Shown here: piece after piece, positions 38,101-51,300 of the stretch
Numbering within the stretch: the stretch's first letter is position 1
How the letters are laid out: each line of letters starts with the position of its first letter
Source: Haliotis cracherodii
Lineage: Eukaryota
Reading direction: 5' to 3'
Assembly: GCF_022045235.1 (NCBI RefSeq)
Contig: NW_027266293.1
Coordinates: forward strand, 620,001 to 684,000
Length of the DNA: 64,000 nt
Made by a program: the position numbers and the translations under genes
The notes under the pieces: model-generated
What the model was told of the DNA's origin: nothing
Database searches by the model: none
The model's input: the letters and a program-made list of their open reading frames with translations, nothing else

Positions 38101-39083
38101 TTTTTGTTTTGACTGAGTGACAGAGTTAGTTTTAACGTCGCTTTGAATAGTATACCAGTTTTATAACGGCACACTGTAGGCGGAAAGCCCGAGCTCATGC
38201 ATGTCTTAGACAAGAAATGCTGCTGACAAGCCTAGAGCAATAATCGGCGGCGCCCTGTCAGTTGTGACACATCAGTTTGTCATGGTTAATCTCATTATCT
38301 GACTTTCAGAACTAATCAGATTAACGTTTATATGTTCAATCAGAAACATGCGCACATGTAGTTCCAGACATTGCCTGTCTTACCTTGAAATAAAGGGCAG
38401 ATAATCCACACACGTCCTGGACCGAGGTTTGAATACTGACAGTATAACACTTCCAACAAGATGGCGGGCATGGCGCACACAAACATGGCCACGAAGTAAG
38501 GGATGAGGAAGGCGGCTGCGAGGAATATTATTATGGTTACAGCACATCGGGTTTTATAGTCCGATTTAAACAATTTGTGAGTACGTTGGGATTTTAACGC
38601 CCTACCCGAAAAGAGTGAATATTCCTTTGAAACATATATCCATTATTAACGTCCAGGACATTGAGAATGTATGTGCCCTGCGTGCACTCTCCTACGTCAT
38701 CTCTATATTCCTTCAAAATATTATCTACTCCCAAATGTCCATAAGTTTAATGTTCTTTTATCTACAACCAACACAAAGCTGATTATTAATATCGCTTAAT
38801 ATCTGTATCACAGTGAAGAAGAGAGAGCACGTATTTTATCATTGTGATTGCTGCCATAAATATGCCATAAATTTTGTACAAAGGGCCTGTGGCCTGTACT
38901 GTACTGAATAAAGAATTAATCAATAATATTCAAACCTTGTGTTTTATAAATAAAATGCTTACCACTCCCGCTTTGAAAACAGACGTAGGGGAATCTCCAT
39001 ATGTTGGACAGTCCGACCAAGCAACCGATGATGGATAAGAAATAATCAAGCCAGCTGGACCAGTTCTCTCGCTTCGTCGCCAT
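29106..39083 (-). CDS. SLC6 sodium/chloride-dependent amino-acid transporter (glycine-transporter-like), 13 coding exons, 592 aa
   Basis: Exons 39083-38963, 38515-38384, 37806-37515, 36545-36413, 35948-35814, 35176-35073, 34315-34191, 33292-33180, 32450-32319, 30974-30875, 30415-30315, 29524-29354, 29225-29106; 1779 nt open, all GT-AG. Motifs [51 protein letters not shown]. The first coding exon has an acceptor at 39207, implying an unlocated upstream UTR exon. Confidence 0.93.
29641..29922 (+). mobile_element. tRNA-headed SINE family 3
   Basis: Head gggcacgggtggcccagtcgtctaagg, B box ggttcgaatc, body ggctttcctcccaca and (CACT)n tail. Copies at 39863-40147, 41434-41692, 45565-45895, 46675-46955, 53930-54210, plus partials. 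Confidence 0.85.
30587..30760. mobile_element. Tc1/mariner-type MITE
   Basis: TIR cggtaaactacggttataacgaac / gttcgttataaccgtagtttactg with TA on both sides; internal ttataacgaa repeats. Confidence 0.85.
31117..32325 (-). repeat. 41-bp tandem array (~25 regular plus degenerate units) copying the exon-9 donor of the SLC6 gene
   Basis: Unit (minus) TCACTCAG|GTGAGCTATGTCCAACCCTACACGAA(T/C)A(C/T)CCCT. The real donor is at 32318. Confidence 0.95.
35419..35770 (+). mobile_element. tRNA-headed SINE family 4 (V-SINE-like body)
   Basis: gaccgcctccgtggtcta...ggttcgatcccc head, gtcataccaaaagac...atggtac...ctggcgctcggcatta core, a CA-rich stretch and a tail. Copies at 42670-43020, 44104-44455 and 55552-55905. 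Confidence 0.85.
36160..36496 (-). repeat. 121-bp x ~3 tandem duplication of the SLC6 exon-4 3' part plus donor
   Basis: GGCAAG|gtat donors at 36412, 36291 and 36170. Each copy re-encodes [26 protein letters not shown]. Confidence 0.92.
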
Positions 39084-42000
39084 CTTTGCTTACACCAACA
39101 GAAATTCCAAGTGTCACTGAGTTCAGGGATTCCTGGCAACAAGTTCCAAGGCCAATGTCACTGCAGCATCAGCATCACAAGAAGAGTCTGACAGGAGTTG
39201 TTGATTCTGAGACAAAGTAGAATTATTTTTTTAAAAGTACTATGTTGTACAAGTAAATTCCAGTTTTTATCACCAACCAATTGACAATTCTCACAACATT
39301 TCCAGTTGAGTTACAGTGCCGTAGCAATACAAATATAAAGAATCAAACATGTTGTTTGTTCGTTGTCTGTTGTACACACAATGGAGAAAATTGGAGAACA
39401 ATAACTCCGTCTTTAAAACTTGGAACAGCTTGGAATATGTTTGGTATATAATACCCAACAGTTTTCAATATACACAATCACTGGGTTGAAACGGATATAT
39501 CGTGGCTATAAAATAGGATGGTATCATTAACCTTAACAAGAAGAGAAATGACCGTTCACGTTCGAAGATACATTAACCAGTGAATGTAAATATCGTAATT
39601 GATAAATGATTGTCATCGGTGTTGACAATGACATTGATTCGGGTTTAAAGTAGGCATCACGTTTAAGATAAGGTCAGTGAACTATGTATGTGTTGTTTGT
39701 TACGTTAGGAGATGTAATTCTTTCTACAAATACACTGTTCGTGGGGAAGATCATGTAGCTGAGCCGAAAATGCAATATTGGGTATCCTACTCTGATATTA
39801 TAAGAGTATATTTGTTCCAAATGATTTGCAACTGGTAACATCACATGTTAAGAAATACTTAAGTGAGTGAGTGAGTTTGTTGGGTTTAACGCCGCTTTTA
39901 TCAGTACTCCAGTTATATCGCGGCGTGTCAGCTTAATGTGGGAGGAAAGCCCGAAGTGATGCAGTTCTCAGACGTTTACCACTTCGGTGAAACCCACGAG
40001 CACGGGTATGGTGCTGACAAACCTATAGAAACATAATCGGGGAGAACCTGGATTCGAACCCACAATCATAGGTTTCTGGCGTGCCCAAGGGACGCAACTC
40101 TGCGCTGCGAATCGCGGCGCCTTAGACGACTGGGCCACCTGTGCCCCCTCAGTACTTCAAGAGATGTACTGGAACATGTGTTAGAAGATTATGGTGGAAT
40201 CAGGCACACGTACCTAGAACATATACCGGATTGAAGTGAAGGATTCCGCGAGAACAGGGGGAGGGGGTTTGCTCGTGGGTCATACTTAGTGATAGTGATG
40301 TTATGTAATATGTACAAGAAAGCATATTCAAGTATCCAGTTGAGTTGATTAGAATATACTTGCGTCAGTGAATTTTTTTAACGCATTTGTTAAACACATA
40401 CAATAAGAGATCAGATACACGCATAATGCTTTGACTTACAACTGTGTCCTCCAGTGGTAGGAATTTGCTGGGATCAAGTTACCACAATACGTTCCATTTA
40501 CATGCACTTACGCTGGACGCATGCCACATGATGACAGCAAATGATTAATATCCACAAGATGAATAAAGAACGGCACATATGTGATTATGTGATCTTGTAA
40601 TTATAAGAGCTTCAAGATACCAAACTGCAATCGAGCCTATTTAGTTTCTAACATTTAATTGCGTTTAAACATTTATCTTTCTTGCTTCAATCATATCCAC
40701 AATGTGATCGAAGAATGTCTTTGCAGCTCAGTGTGATTCGGTCAAATTTCGCCTACAGTCACTTTTGAGAAATAGTGATGTGGTGTGTAATGTGACAGAG
40801 AATCAGAGAGTGAGTGAGTGAGTTTGGTTTTACGCCGCTTTTAGCAATATTCCAGCAATGTCACGGCGGGGGACACCAGAAATGGGCTTTACACATTGTA
40901 CTATGTCGGGAATCGAACCCGGGTCTTCGGCGTGATGAGCGAACGCTTTAACCACTAGGCTACCCGACCGCCACTAGAGAATCAAGAAGTCAATATTTTG
41001 TATTAACATTGTGTAGAGGATAAGTTAGACACAGCTATTAATATCAAGATATTAAAAATGCAACTGATCTACAACAACAAATAGTTATAAGGACTTATAA
41101 AAGAAACTACACAGCCTCCTGAGTGGATTCTGATTGTTGTTCCGTAACACTAGACCACTGATCATACCAAATACTTGGATTGCCAAACGCAACAATCAAG
41201 TTAATTTTTTTACCAGACTTTCTTAATTCAAGATAACATACGAGGAATATAGGCGTTAATCAATGTGTAAACACAGGTTGTACAGGTAAATGTACCACAA
41301 TGTTACGACAGAATTTTGATGGTTTATGTGCCGTATGAGCTTCATGGAGTTTGTTGGGACAACATGGGACATTGTTAATTCTGTCTTCGTACCCAGACGA
41401 TGCGACCCTACGGTGCCCATAATTTCAATCATTGAGTGAGTGAGTGAGTTGGGTTTAACGCCGCTTTTAACAGGATTCCAGTTATATCACGGTGTGTCAG
41501 CTTAATGTGGGAGGAAAGCCCGAAGTGATGCATGTCTCAGACGTTTACCACTTCGGTTAAACCCACGAGCGCGGGTATGGTGCTGACAAACCTAGAAACA
41601 TAATCGGGTCGAACCGGGATTCGAACCCACAATCATAGATTTCTGGCGTGTCCAAAGGAGGCAACTTAGACGACTGGGCCACCCGTGCCCCCTCGTGTCC
41701 TAGCATACCATTCTAGCCAGAACTTGTATCACTTCGGTACGGTTTATGCATATTAATTAACAGTTAACAATTATAAGAGTAAGTTCAAAAGGCTCAAGGG
41801 AAAATGTTCTTTGATGACATTACATCCATTATCAGAAATTTGTTTCGTCGTTATTCGTCTATGAGTGAGTGTGTGAATGACTATGGTTTTACGCCGCTTT
41901 TAGCAATATTCCAGCAATATCACGGCGGGGGACACCAGAAATGGGCTATTCGTCTATGATACCTTGATTGTTTTTGTGTTAGTTCCTCAAAAACATTGAT

Positions 42001-42329
42001 ATTTATTGATTCATAAATATAAGAAAGTGTCACTATTCACAGTTTATACGTTTAATAGTGTTATTTATGGCATATCACACCATGTTTGTACATTCAGATA
42101 TGCTAACATGCTGAGAGAAGAAAAGGGAGAGAGAGAGACAGAAAAAGACAGATAGAGCGATAGTGGTTGGTTTGTTGTGTAACGCCGCACTCAGCAATAT
42201 TCCACCTATATGATGGCGGTCTGTAAATAATCGAGTCTGGCATGGGTTGCTGAAGACCTATTCTACTCCGGAATCTTCACGGGTCCCCACGCAATTGGGA
42301 TCGATGACATATATCAACCAAGTCAACCA

Positions 42330-44378
42330 TTAGAAACAAAGTCGATGCGACTGATCGACAATTTCCGAAATAGGACAGTATTGAGAAGGATATTACTTAA
42401 GTAAAAAAATGCTTACCTGGAGCTCAAAGTCCACTTAGTCGACATACTGAAGGAAAGAGTGAGACAAAGCCAGAATGAATCACTCAAAGATAAGTCAACT
42501 GATCTTGAGGGAGAAAGTCGACAGAATATGTCATTAAGAGAGTCATTAATTGATCAGAAGGTACGGTCTGTGCGGGATAAATTCATATTTACCAATATAC
42601 CCGAAAAAGTAACACTGGTGGTGTATATACCAGGGATTTTATCAAGGGAGAACTTCAAAATGGTTGCGCCCGCCTCCGTGGTCTAGTGGTAGAGCGTCCG
42701 CCCGGAGAGCGGAAGGTCCGGGGTTCGATCCCCGGTCGCGTCATACCAAAAGACGTTGAAAGATGGTACTTGTTGTTACCCTGTCTGGCGCTCGGCATTA
42801 AGGGGCTAAAACAAGGACTGGTCGGCTCGGAGTCAGTATACTGTGTCTGAGTGGGGTATTCATGTTAAACAGCGGCATGGTATCTTAGTGAGCTAGCACT
42901 ATAAATCGGCATCAGTCCGGACTAGTACAAGCAGCCACACAAACACACCCACACCCACATGCACGTCGCTATATAAGTGCAATAATCTAGGACGCGACGT
43001 TAAACCCAATTTCACATCACATCTCAAAAGGGTTGCACTATGTTTAACTTTAAACGAGTACATAGAAAGGTGCTCATAGATCGTCAGGCCAGTGAGGAGA
43101 TCTGTCATAGCTAAGTTACTCTACATGACGGAGAGGGGTTTTGTACGGTACCAGGGGAAGGAAATAAAAAGAAAAAATCCAAATCATAGAACAATTGCCG
43201 GAGGAAATCCGACAATACCGAAGGATACTCTAATGCCTCTACTCGGAGATGTGAGGAACAAAGGTCAGAGAGCTTCAATGTCAGATGAAAAATTGTATAT
43301 CAAGAATGTATTGCATACTGGCCATTCACCGCCACCCTACAGAGTGGCCCAGAACAGACGAGCGGAAGACAGTAGATTGATGCTCTCATAGGAACACGCG
43401 GGTGGTCGGAGTAGCAAGGCCTGCCACACACTATCCCAGGAGTGGAACGTTGAGAGAATTCCCCATGTTATAGGGCCAAACTTGACACACCAAAGAATCA
43501 CAGACAGTCATAATCTTCAAGTACTGTGAGTACATGCCCAAAGTTGACTCTTAGATAACGACAGTAACGCAGTGTTCCCCGCATGCGGTGGGAAGTAGTT
43601 GCTATACATTCTTCTCTCACACAAACCAAAGAAAACTCTCTTACAATTTGTAATCACGTGGATCACGTTTAACTGACAATTTTAAGTCTGTGGTTAAATC
43701 TAAGGAGATAAACTTACCCTCACAAAGCAAAGTAGCTTCCAGCAGCACATTTGTTGGTGAGAATCAAATCACGACATTAGTTTCACTGAAGGTTTCACTG
43801 ACCGCTTGTTATTCTTGTCAGGTAGGTTAATGTTAATCCATCAAACCTCGTTGATTTAGGTCATGGGCATTGTATTACCACTACTCAGAATATTATCAAC
43901 ACTACTGATGATGTGAATTATGTGCATGTAAATAGTGACCAAAATTTGAACAACAATGTCCTCGTCATTACAGATCTAGACTCTGTTCATGACAAGCCAA
44001 ATCACGATGATGCAAATACTGATCCGTGCAATACCTTCCGGCATGCAATGTTGATTTTCAAAGTAGTCACCGTAGTATCAGTGATGATAGTACCAACTTA
44101 ATTGACCGCCTCCGTGGCCTAGTGGTAGAGCGTCCGCCCGCAGAGCGGAAGGTCCGGGGTTCAATCCCCGGTCGCGTAATGTCAAAAGACGTTGAAATAT
44201 GGTACTTGTTGTTACCCTGTCTGGCGCTCGGCATAGAGGAACTAAAACAAGGACTGGTCGGCTCGGAGTCAGTATACTGTGTTTGGGGTGGGGTATTTTT
44301 GTTAAACTGGGGCATGGTATCTCAGTGAGCTAGCATTATAAATCGGCATTAGTCCGGACTAGTACAAGCACACACACA

Positions 44379-44409
<31 letters not shown>

Positions 44410-45070
44410 TATATAAGTGCAACAATCTTGGACGCAACGTTATACCCCATTTCACACTGAACCACATTTAAACACTGACAGTATAACTGATAGTGTTAAT
44501 GGACTTGATGTTGTCCGTCTCGCAAGTCTTAGTGTATGTGGTCCCAGAAGACGGCTTGAATTCCCCGAATTTGGAAATCTTATTCACACTAATCATATAA
44601 TAGGCTTTCAAGAAACGATAACGGATGTATTGAATCATATGCAAATTGAAGGCTATAAGCTGTTTGTTGCAATATAGAACAGGGGAAGGAAGAAGATCAG
44701 GAGGTATTATTGGCCTTACGGGAAAGGGTCATTATTGTAAATTCAACACTCAAGTTGAAGAGGTAAATGATTTCTGTATATGATTTAAATTATCAAGATC
44801 AATGTTTGGAATTGACAGTGTATTTAGGAGTGGTGGAGCGGCCCCCAGAAGGATCAAATTTCTGTTCTGACGATACGTTTTACCTACTAGAACGTTCAAT
44901 ACTCCAATGTTCTCTGCTTCTTTAAACTCTTGCTGAACAAGAAACCTAAGCGATAACACAAAGTTTGATAAACATATGCTCGAAGAATCATGGTAAAAAG
45001 CTGACTGACATTTGTAAAACTTTAAATATATTTATTTGTTACAGTTTCTTTGCAAACGTATGTACTGTCT
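42330..45070 (+). mobile_element. Decayed LINE (ORF1 plus start of APE), interrupted by two family-4 SINEs
   Basis: LRESLIDQKVRSVRDKFIFTNIPE and DEKLYIKN resemble coiled-coil/RRM-type LINE ORF1. ASLSVCG...IIGFQET resembles the APE N-terminus. Confidence 0.6.
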
Positions 45071-45564
45071 CCTTAAGAAATCTTGAAATATCAGTCTCCC
45101 ACTCGATTATTACAGCATAAAAGAAGGAGTCGATAATTTGAAACCAGACGCTAATTTAAGGAATTGTAAATGAACTTGCTCAACCATATTCATACATTCA
45201 AATCCCCACACTTCGGCACCATACAGTGAGAGTGGTAACACCATAACATCAAATGCTGTAAAAATACGATATAGTTTTCAAATATTGTCATTTACAAACA
45301 TTCACTTCTCACCAGTCACGACCGCATTTACACATATCTGGACAAGGGTTTAAACACAATCATATGTGTGTATTCACAGGGAAGAGCTTTGTTGACCTGG
45401 CCCTTTACCGCCGAAATGTAACTTGGTTTTATAAACGTAATATTGATCTGTTTGTTTGTCAAGTTCCAGATACCGACTCAGATTACACCTGACGGTAAAG
45501 CCTGATCGTTTGCATCTCTCATCACTGGGATTCTATGTGTGCAATATTTCTCGTAACAGAGGAC

Positions 45565-45895
45565 GAGTGAGTGAGTGAGATGTGTTTAACGCCGCTTTTA
45601 ACAGTATTCCAGTCATATCACGACGTGTCAGCTTAATGTGGGAGGAAAGCCCGAAGTGATGCAGGTCTTAGACGTTTACCGCTTCTGTGAAACCCACGAG
45701 CACGGGTGTGGTGCTGACAAACCTAGAAACATAATCGCGGCGAACCGGGATTCGAACCCACAATCATAGGTTTCTGGCGTGGTAAACGTCTGAGACCTGC
45801 ATCACTTCGGGCTTTCCACCCACATTAAGCTGACACGCTGCGATATAACTGGAATACTGTGAAAAGCGGCGTTAAATACAACAATCTCACTCACT
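45565..45895. repeat. Fold-back formed by two inverted family-3 SINE 3' ends
   Basis: 45565-45680 is the reverse complement of 45781-45895 (~115-bp arms, ~100-bp spacer). Confidence 0.85.
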
Positions 45896-47339
45896 GTAAT
45901 GTAATCCAAATGTTTGAATATGACCACGTACCCACAGTTGGGTCCCCACGCAATTGGAATCGATGGCATATATCAACCAAGTCAGCGAGCCTGACCACCC
46001 GATCCCGTTAGTCGCCTTTTACGACAAGCATAGTCGCCTTTTACGGCAAGTATGGGTTGCTGAAGACCTATTCTACCCCGGAATCTTCAAGGGTCTGGGG
46101 TAGCCAGCCTGAGTGGGAGATACTCCGACGGGCTGCTGTACGAGTGCAAGGCCTGGAGTGGTGTACACTGTGGCACGCAATATCAGGCACACGGGAACTG
46201 TCACATGTACAGCTACCAGAAAAAGCCAGGCTATCTGCGCCCTCTACAATAGAGACATGTCATCACTCACTGTGACGTCCGAAAATGGATGGGTTTCGTA
46301 CCAACTTCGTTATTTTTATTGGTCCTATTGATGTTCCATACACTGACAAACAATGAAAACGTGTGATCAACTGTAACTCGAAATGACAATATAAAGACTT
46401 CAGCAGTAAATATTTCATCTCATGACAAAGAATGGTGACTTGATGACAAAATTAATGCACAGGACAGGCAGTTTCAGCGACAACATAGGGCTTACAGCAC
46501 AACCCTAAAATAAATATCAGTTACTGATATGACCTATTTATTACTGGCCAAATGGAATAAGTGTTTTGAGGTGAATGGAGATTATATTGAAAAAGAAAAG
46601 TTCAAAAGATTTTCTGCGACTTGGTCTTATATTGAAGTTGCAAAACTTATTGAACGCCCCTCGTATCTTGTTTCGGGCACGGGTGGCCCAGTCGTCTAAG
46701 GCGCCGCAATTCGCTGTGCAGAGTTGCGTCCCTTGGGCACGCCAGAAACCTATGATTGTGGGTTCGAATCCCGGTTCACCCAGATTATGTTTTAAGCTTT
46801 GTTAGCACCATACCCGTGCTCATGGGTTTCACCGAAGTGGTAAACGTCTGAGACCTGCATCACTTCGGGCTTTCCTCCCACATTAAGCTGACACGCCATG
46901 ATATAACTGGAACACTGTTAAAAGCGGCGTTAAACCCAACTCACTCACACTCACTTATATCTTTATTGCTACACACACCACCTCCTCAAACGCATATCTC
47001 AATAAAGTACAAAAACTGCCATATTTTGAGACAACTATCTGGAAAACTCTACTTGCTGTTGTCAGGACTTGATATCTTTTACCAGTAGTTCAATCATTTG
47101 CACATCATTTGATAGTCATTACATATATATGTATAATAGTTTCCAGTGCCAATAACGATACTTATGTGAGACAAGTGGAATTAATGCCATGTGAATTATA
47201 AAAACCTCAACGGAATTGTTTGATGTTTTGCAATATCAGAATAGAACCAAGTTCAATTATGTCAATACATTTCATTTGTCAACTTTGCACACAACTATTA
47301 TAGACGACAAACTTTTCATTTCTCATTTGTCACTAAACT

Positions 47340-47790
47340 TGATGACCACAGGACGATAATTGTGACATTTACTGACAAAACAATATGTGAAATATTGGAT
47401 TTCCTCGTCGAAAACATCTATGTTAAGTTTAGGGATAAGACATTTGGATATTTCCAAATGAGAGGCATGACGCAATAACCCTTTTTGACTTGTACCATAT
47501 GTTCCTATGTTTTTCTGGAGAACAATTTACTTGCCGTTGCACGTGTTGGTGATGGTGCGACATGTTGGCCAGGATACGCTGACCGTTTCGTGAACACGTG
47601 GTATGATCATTATATGATAGTGATTCAAAAACATATGTTCATGATATAGTCGGCAACTATTTCTAATAGTTCTGGAAATTATTTTGTCTATTTTTTATTT
47701 ACACACAACACGTTCCTTCACATGTGCTTGTCACTGGAGGGGCAGGACACGCTCACTTTTTTGCGAACACCTGGTATAATCACTTGATGT
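47340..47790 (+). mobile_element. Probable Penelope-like element relic
   Basis: FTDKTICEILDFLVENIYVKFRDK resembles PLE reverse transcriptase. Two degenerate ...caggacacgctcac...gaacacctgg repeats follow. Confidence 0.45.
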
Positions 47791-48306
47791 CATCATTTCA
47801 TAGTGCTTCATAAACACATGATGTAATTGGAATTGTAGCATTGACTGATATTCTAATTCCTCATTGTGGGAACGGGTTGTTCTAAGTTCTATGTGTACAG
47901 AAGGTGCACCAAGATTCGCCTATTGTACATGTGTGATAGAATCCTAGTTACGCCCCGAAGATTCTTGGTATGTCAGTTCGTTCGTCAGTTATCCGATACT
48001 GGGTTAAGTGTATCACCCTTGTGTGTTTTCTGTCGAATGGCATTCTGAAGATGTGGGATAACTCTTATCAGAATGTCTTAACATATTCCTCTTGATTGAC
48101 ACGCAAATCATTTTTAAAACACTCTGTATGCCTAAATATCAGTTAAATGTGTTTAGAGTGTTTTTTTCAGATGTTATTGTCTATTGTATATCAACGCACG
48201 TCCAACAGAAGGTCCATGAACACTCACTATCAATTTAAAAGCCACAAACATAACGTTTTGGTGAACAGTTTATTACTGCATTTATCCTAACAGGATACTT
48301 GTTCAA

Positions 48307-51300
48307 TTATCCGATAATGGGACCATGGCTTTGTGATTTGCATGCCGCTATGTTGGCGTCGGGGATGACGATGAACCCAAAGGAGCGTGGAGGTACTACA
48401 ATCGTCCCGGTTCCCAAAGATTTTGGCATAATGTGTGGTATTTGGTTGTTCACAAATTCCAATGTTTTGCCATTGACCTCTACTTTTCTGAAACAAAAGA
48501 TGTGGCAAAGGTTATTTTGGTATGCAGGTAAAGTATTGATGACCCGTTGACCCAACAACCGTTGTCTCACCTTTACTGCCACTATTGTATATGTGTACAA
48601 GTTTGTAGGTTCAAGTTCGTCTTCAGTTACTGAATATAGTCCTGGAGTTAGTCGTGTTTGCCAAGGTGCGTTTTCCACCCGACATTTCGGACTATTACTC
48701 ATGTTATACACCGTTCGTTTGTCTGGTTCAGATTGAATGCAGCAAACAATCAAATGCTCACCATCTTCTGTTATATCTGCTACTTCAGAGACAACATATG
48801 TCTCACTATTATCCACACATTTGACAACAATGCCAAAGAACCAGTTATATAAGAACTGACCCATGGCCTTGTGAAACTTGAAGAACCAAAGACAAAATCC
48901 TTGTACTGAATGGTTGAGAGGAAACATATTATATACAAACTTTGACTTCAAGTCTCCTCCCTCAGGAGTCAGCCAGAATATGTCGACGTTTTTGCCGTGC
49001 GCCTCTGATATGGCTAGGGTTACGTGGTCTCTATGCATGTTAAGACCATACACTGTGATACTGCCAGGCTTGTAGTGGTACACGCTGGGACATAAACAGA
49101 TTATGTGATAACATTAAAAGCGAATGCAAGAGAAAAATCTTTCGAAATCTAGCCATTTGATTTGACACGACCAGTAGCCGTCTTTCATTACAAACATGCT
49201 TGTCGTATGAGTATGAGTTTACACCTCTTTTAGCAATATTCCATCAATATGACGGTGGTGGATAGCAGAAATGGACTTCACACATTTTAGCTGTATGAGT
49301 AATCGAACTCGGTTCAGTGACATGCTAACAATATTCTGCACATTAAAGTTTTAAACGTGTGGGTTTTGTTTAAATGAAATTGTTGTGGTTACGTTGACTT
49401 TGTATTAATGCTGGTTGTTAGACGATTTCTTATGTGATGTCCTTTAAAAGGGACAGTATGTTCGGCTCCCAACTCTATCTGAGGTCTACACTTTGTAATT
49501 TGTCTATAGTCTGCAAGTTGGACAACGTATGTTTGCACAGACAGGTTGTGAATTAAACATGCTGAAACAACTCACTTGTTCAGCTTCGTACAGTGGGCAT
49601 ACAGTCGGAGGTCGGAAGATGTGGATGGAACATCAAATACTTTGTTGCCAACAAGTCTCTTGTAAAGAAGCGTCAACCAGTAGTCCTGCCAAAAGAGGTT
49701 ATGATGTGTGTCAAATGAGAAAGACACTGTTGTTATTTTGTGCCGATGTACGAGTAAGCACTATCATAGCTTTTAAATGTGTCTGTACGTGCACACCAAT
49801 GGTTGACGGCACGATAGTCAGTATGGGATTTTGTTTAAAACACGTTACAGAGCCTGCCCACCAAATATCCAATGCAGACGGTACGGGTGATTTATAATGA
49901 CTCGAAATTCCCACAAAGAAGAATACATGAATGAATGAGTTTCACGCCACTTACAGGTGAACAGTGAGTATGTTTTACGCCGCTTTAAGCAATTTCTAGC
50001 AATAACACAGCGGAGGACACAAGAAACAGACTTCACACATTGTACCCATGTCGGGAATGGAACCCGGGTCTTCAGCAAATGCTTTAACCACTAGGCTACC
50101 CGACCCCCCAACGCTGCTTACAAATATGATATTTCAATCATATTGATTTTGGGGAAATAAAAAATGGTGCAGGTCAACTTTGTTAAAACACACGAGCACG
50201 GCCATTGTTCTAACAAATCTAGATCCGTAATCAGGGTGCATCGAGCATTCGAATCTAGGACCATTGGTTTCTAGAAAGCCTAAGCGACTCAACTCTGTAC
50301 TCTGTTAGACGAATGGGTAAATTTGAAAACTGACAACATTATGATAGTATGCATGAACACAGAGACAATATTTAAGATCAAACAGACACATTGACCGAAT
50401 GACATTCTTAAAACACTGAGATAACCGACGTTCACGCACAGGATTAGGGTCAGCGTTGTCGTCAAGAAGTGCATAATATCCACCAAAGAATTGCTGGCGC
50501 ATAACCCCTTTTAGGCCATATTTTGCTGATACACCCAGTTTATCAAGCCACCTGAAATTGGGATATGAAAGATGATATGAATGAATTATATGAGCCGTTC
50601 TCAATGCTCAACTTGTTTCAAGGCAAATCAACGTGAATATTTTGCACTGGTCCCATTGATCTCAAGATCATATTTAAGGACACACGAGCTTCAACATTAG
50701 ACATTTTCAGAGCAAAAAGAATTACAATTGTTTTAGTGATAACTAGTTTCAATGGACCATAAACAGCAATCATCACCCTCTAACCAGCACGAAAAAGCAA
50801 TCTGCATTTACATCAGCGCATGCTGGCATTCCCAGAATGTGCTGTGCTGAGCTGGGTTGTTAATCATTTGGACACTGAAATGTAGAAATGCTTACAGGTT
50901 GCCTGCCACATATCTGTCAGCAATGCCAGGAGTGCCACCCCCATAACCAGACGATGTCTCCCCTAGCCACGCCACCAGACCATGATGGCTTCGTGTCGTA
51001 TTCACCACTGTGTGTATTTCATGTACAAGAGTATCCATTATGGAAGACTTAGAAAAGTCTTCCAGCTTGGCTGTTTGTCCATTAAAGTAATACCTGAAAA
51101 GAGTAAGCTAATTAGTACGGGGAATCTTTGAACCATTTGTATCAAAAAAAGGTATCCAGCTATACAAAGTGTTTGTTTCAGTATTTATTCCACTCATTTT
51201 GAAAATAAAACCGAAAACATATAAATAATTAACATGGAGTGGGAAACGACAAACGCAAAGAAAAATATATTTCTCGACCCATGGGCATTTTGTCTCTAAA

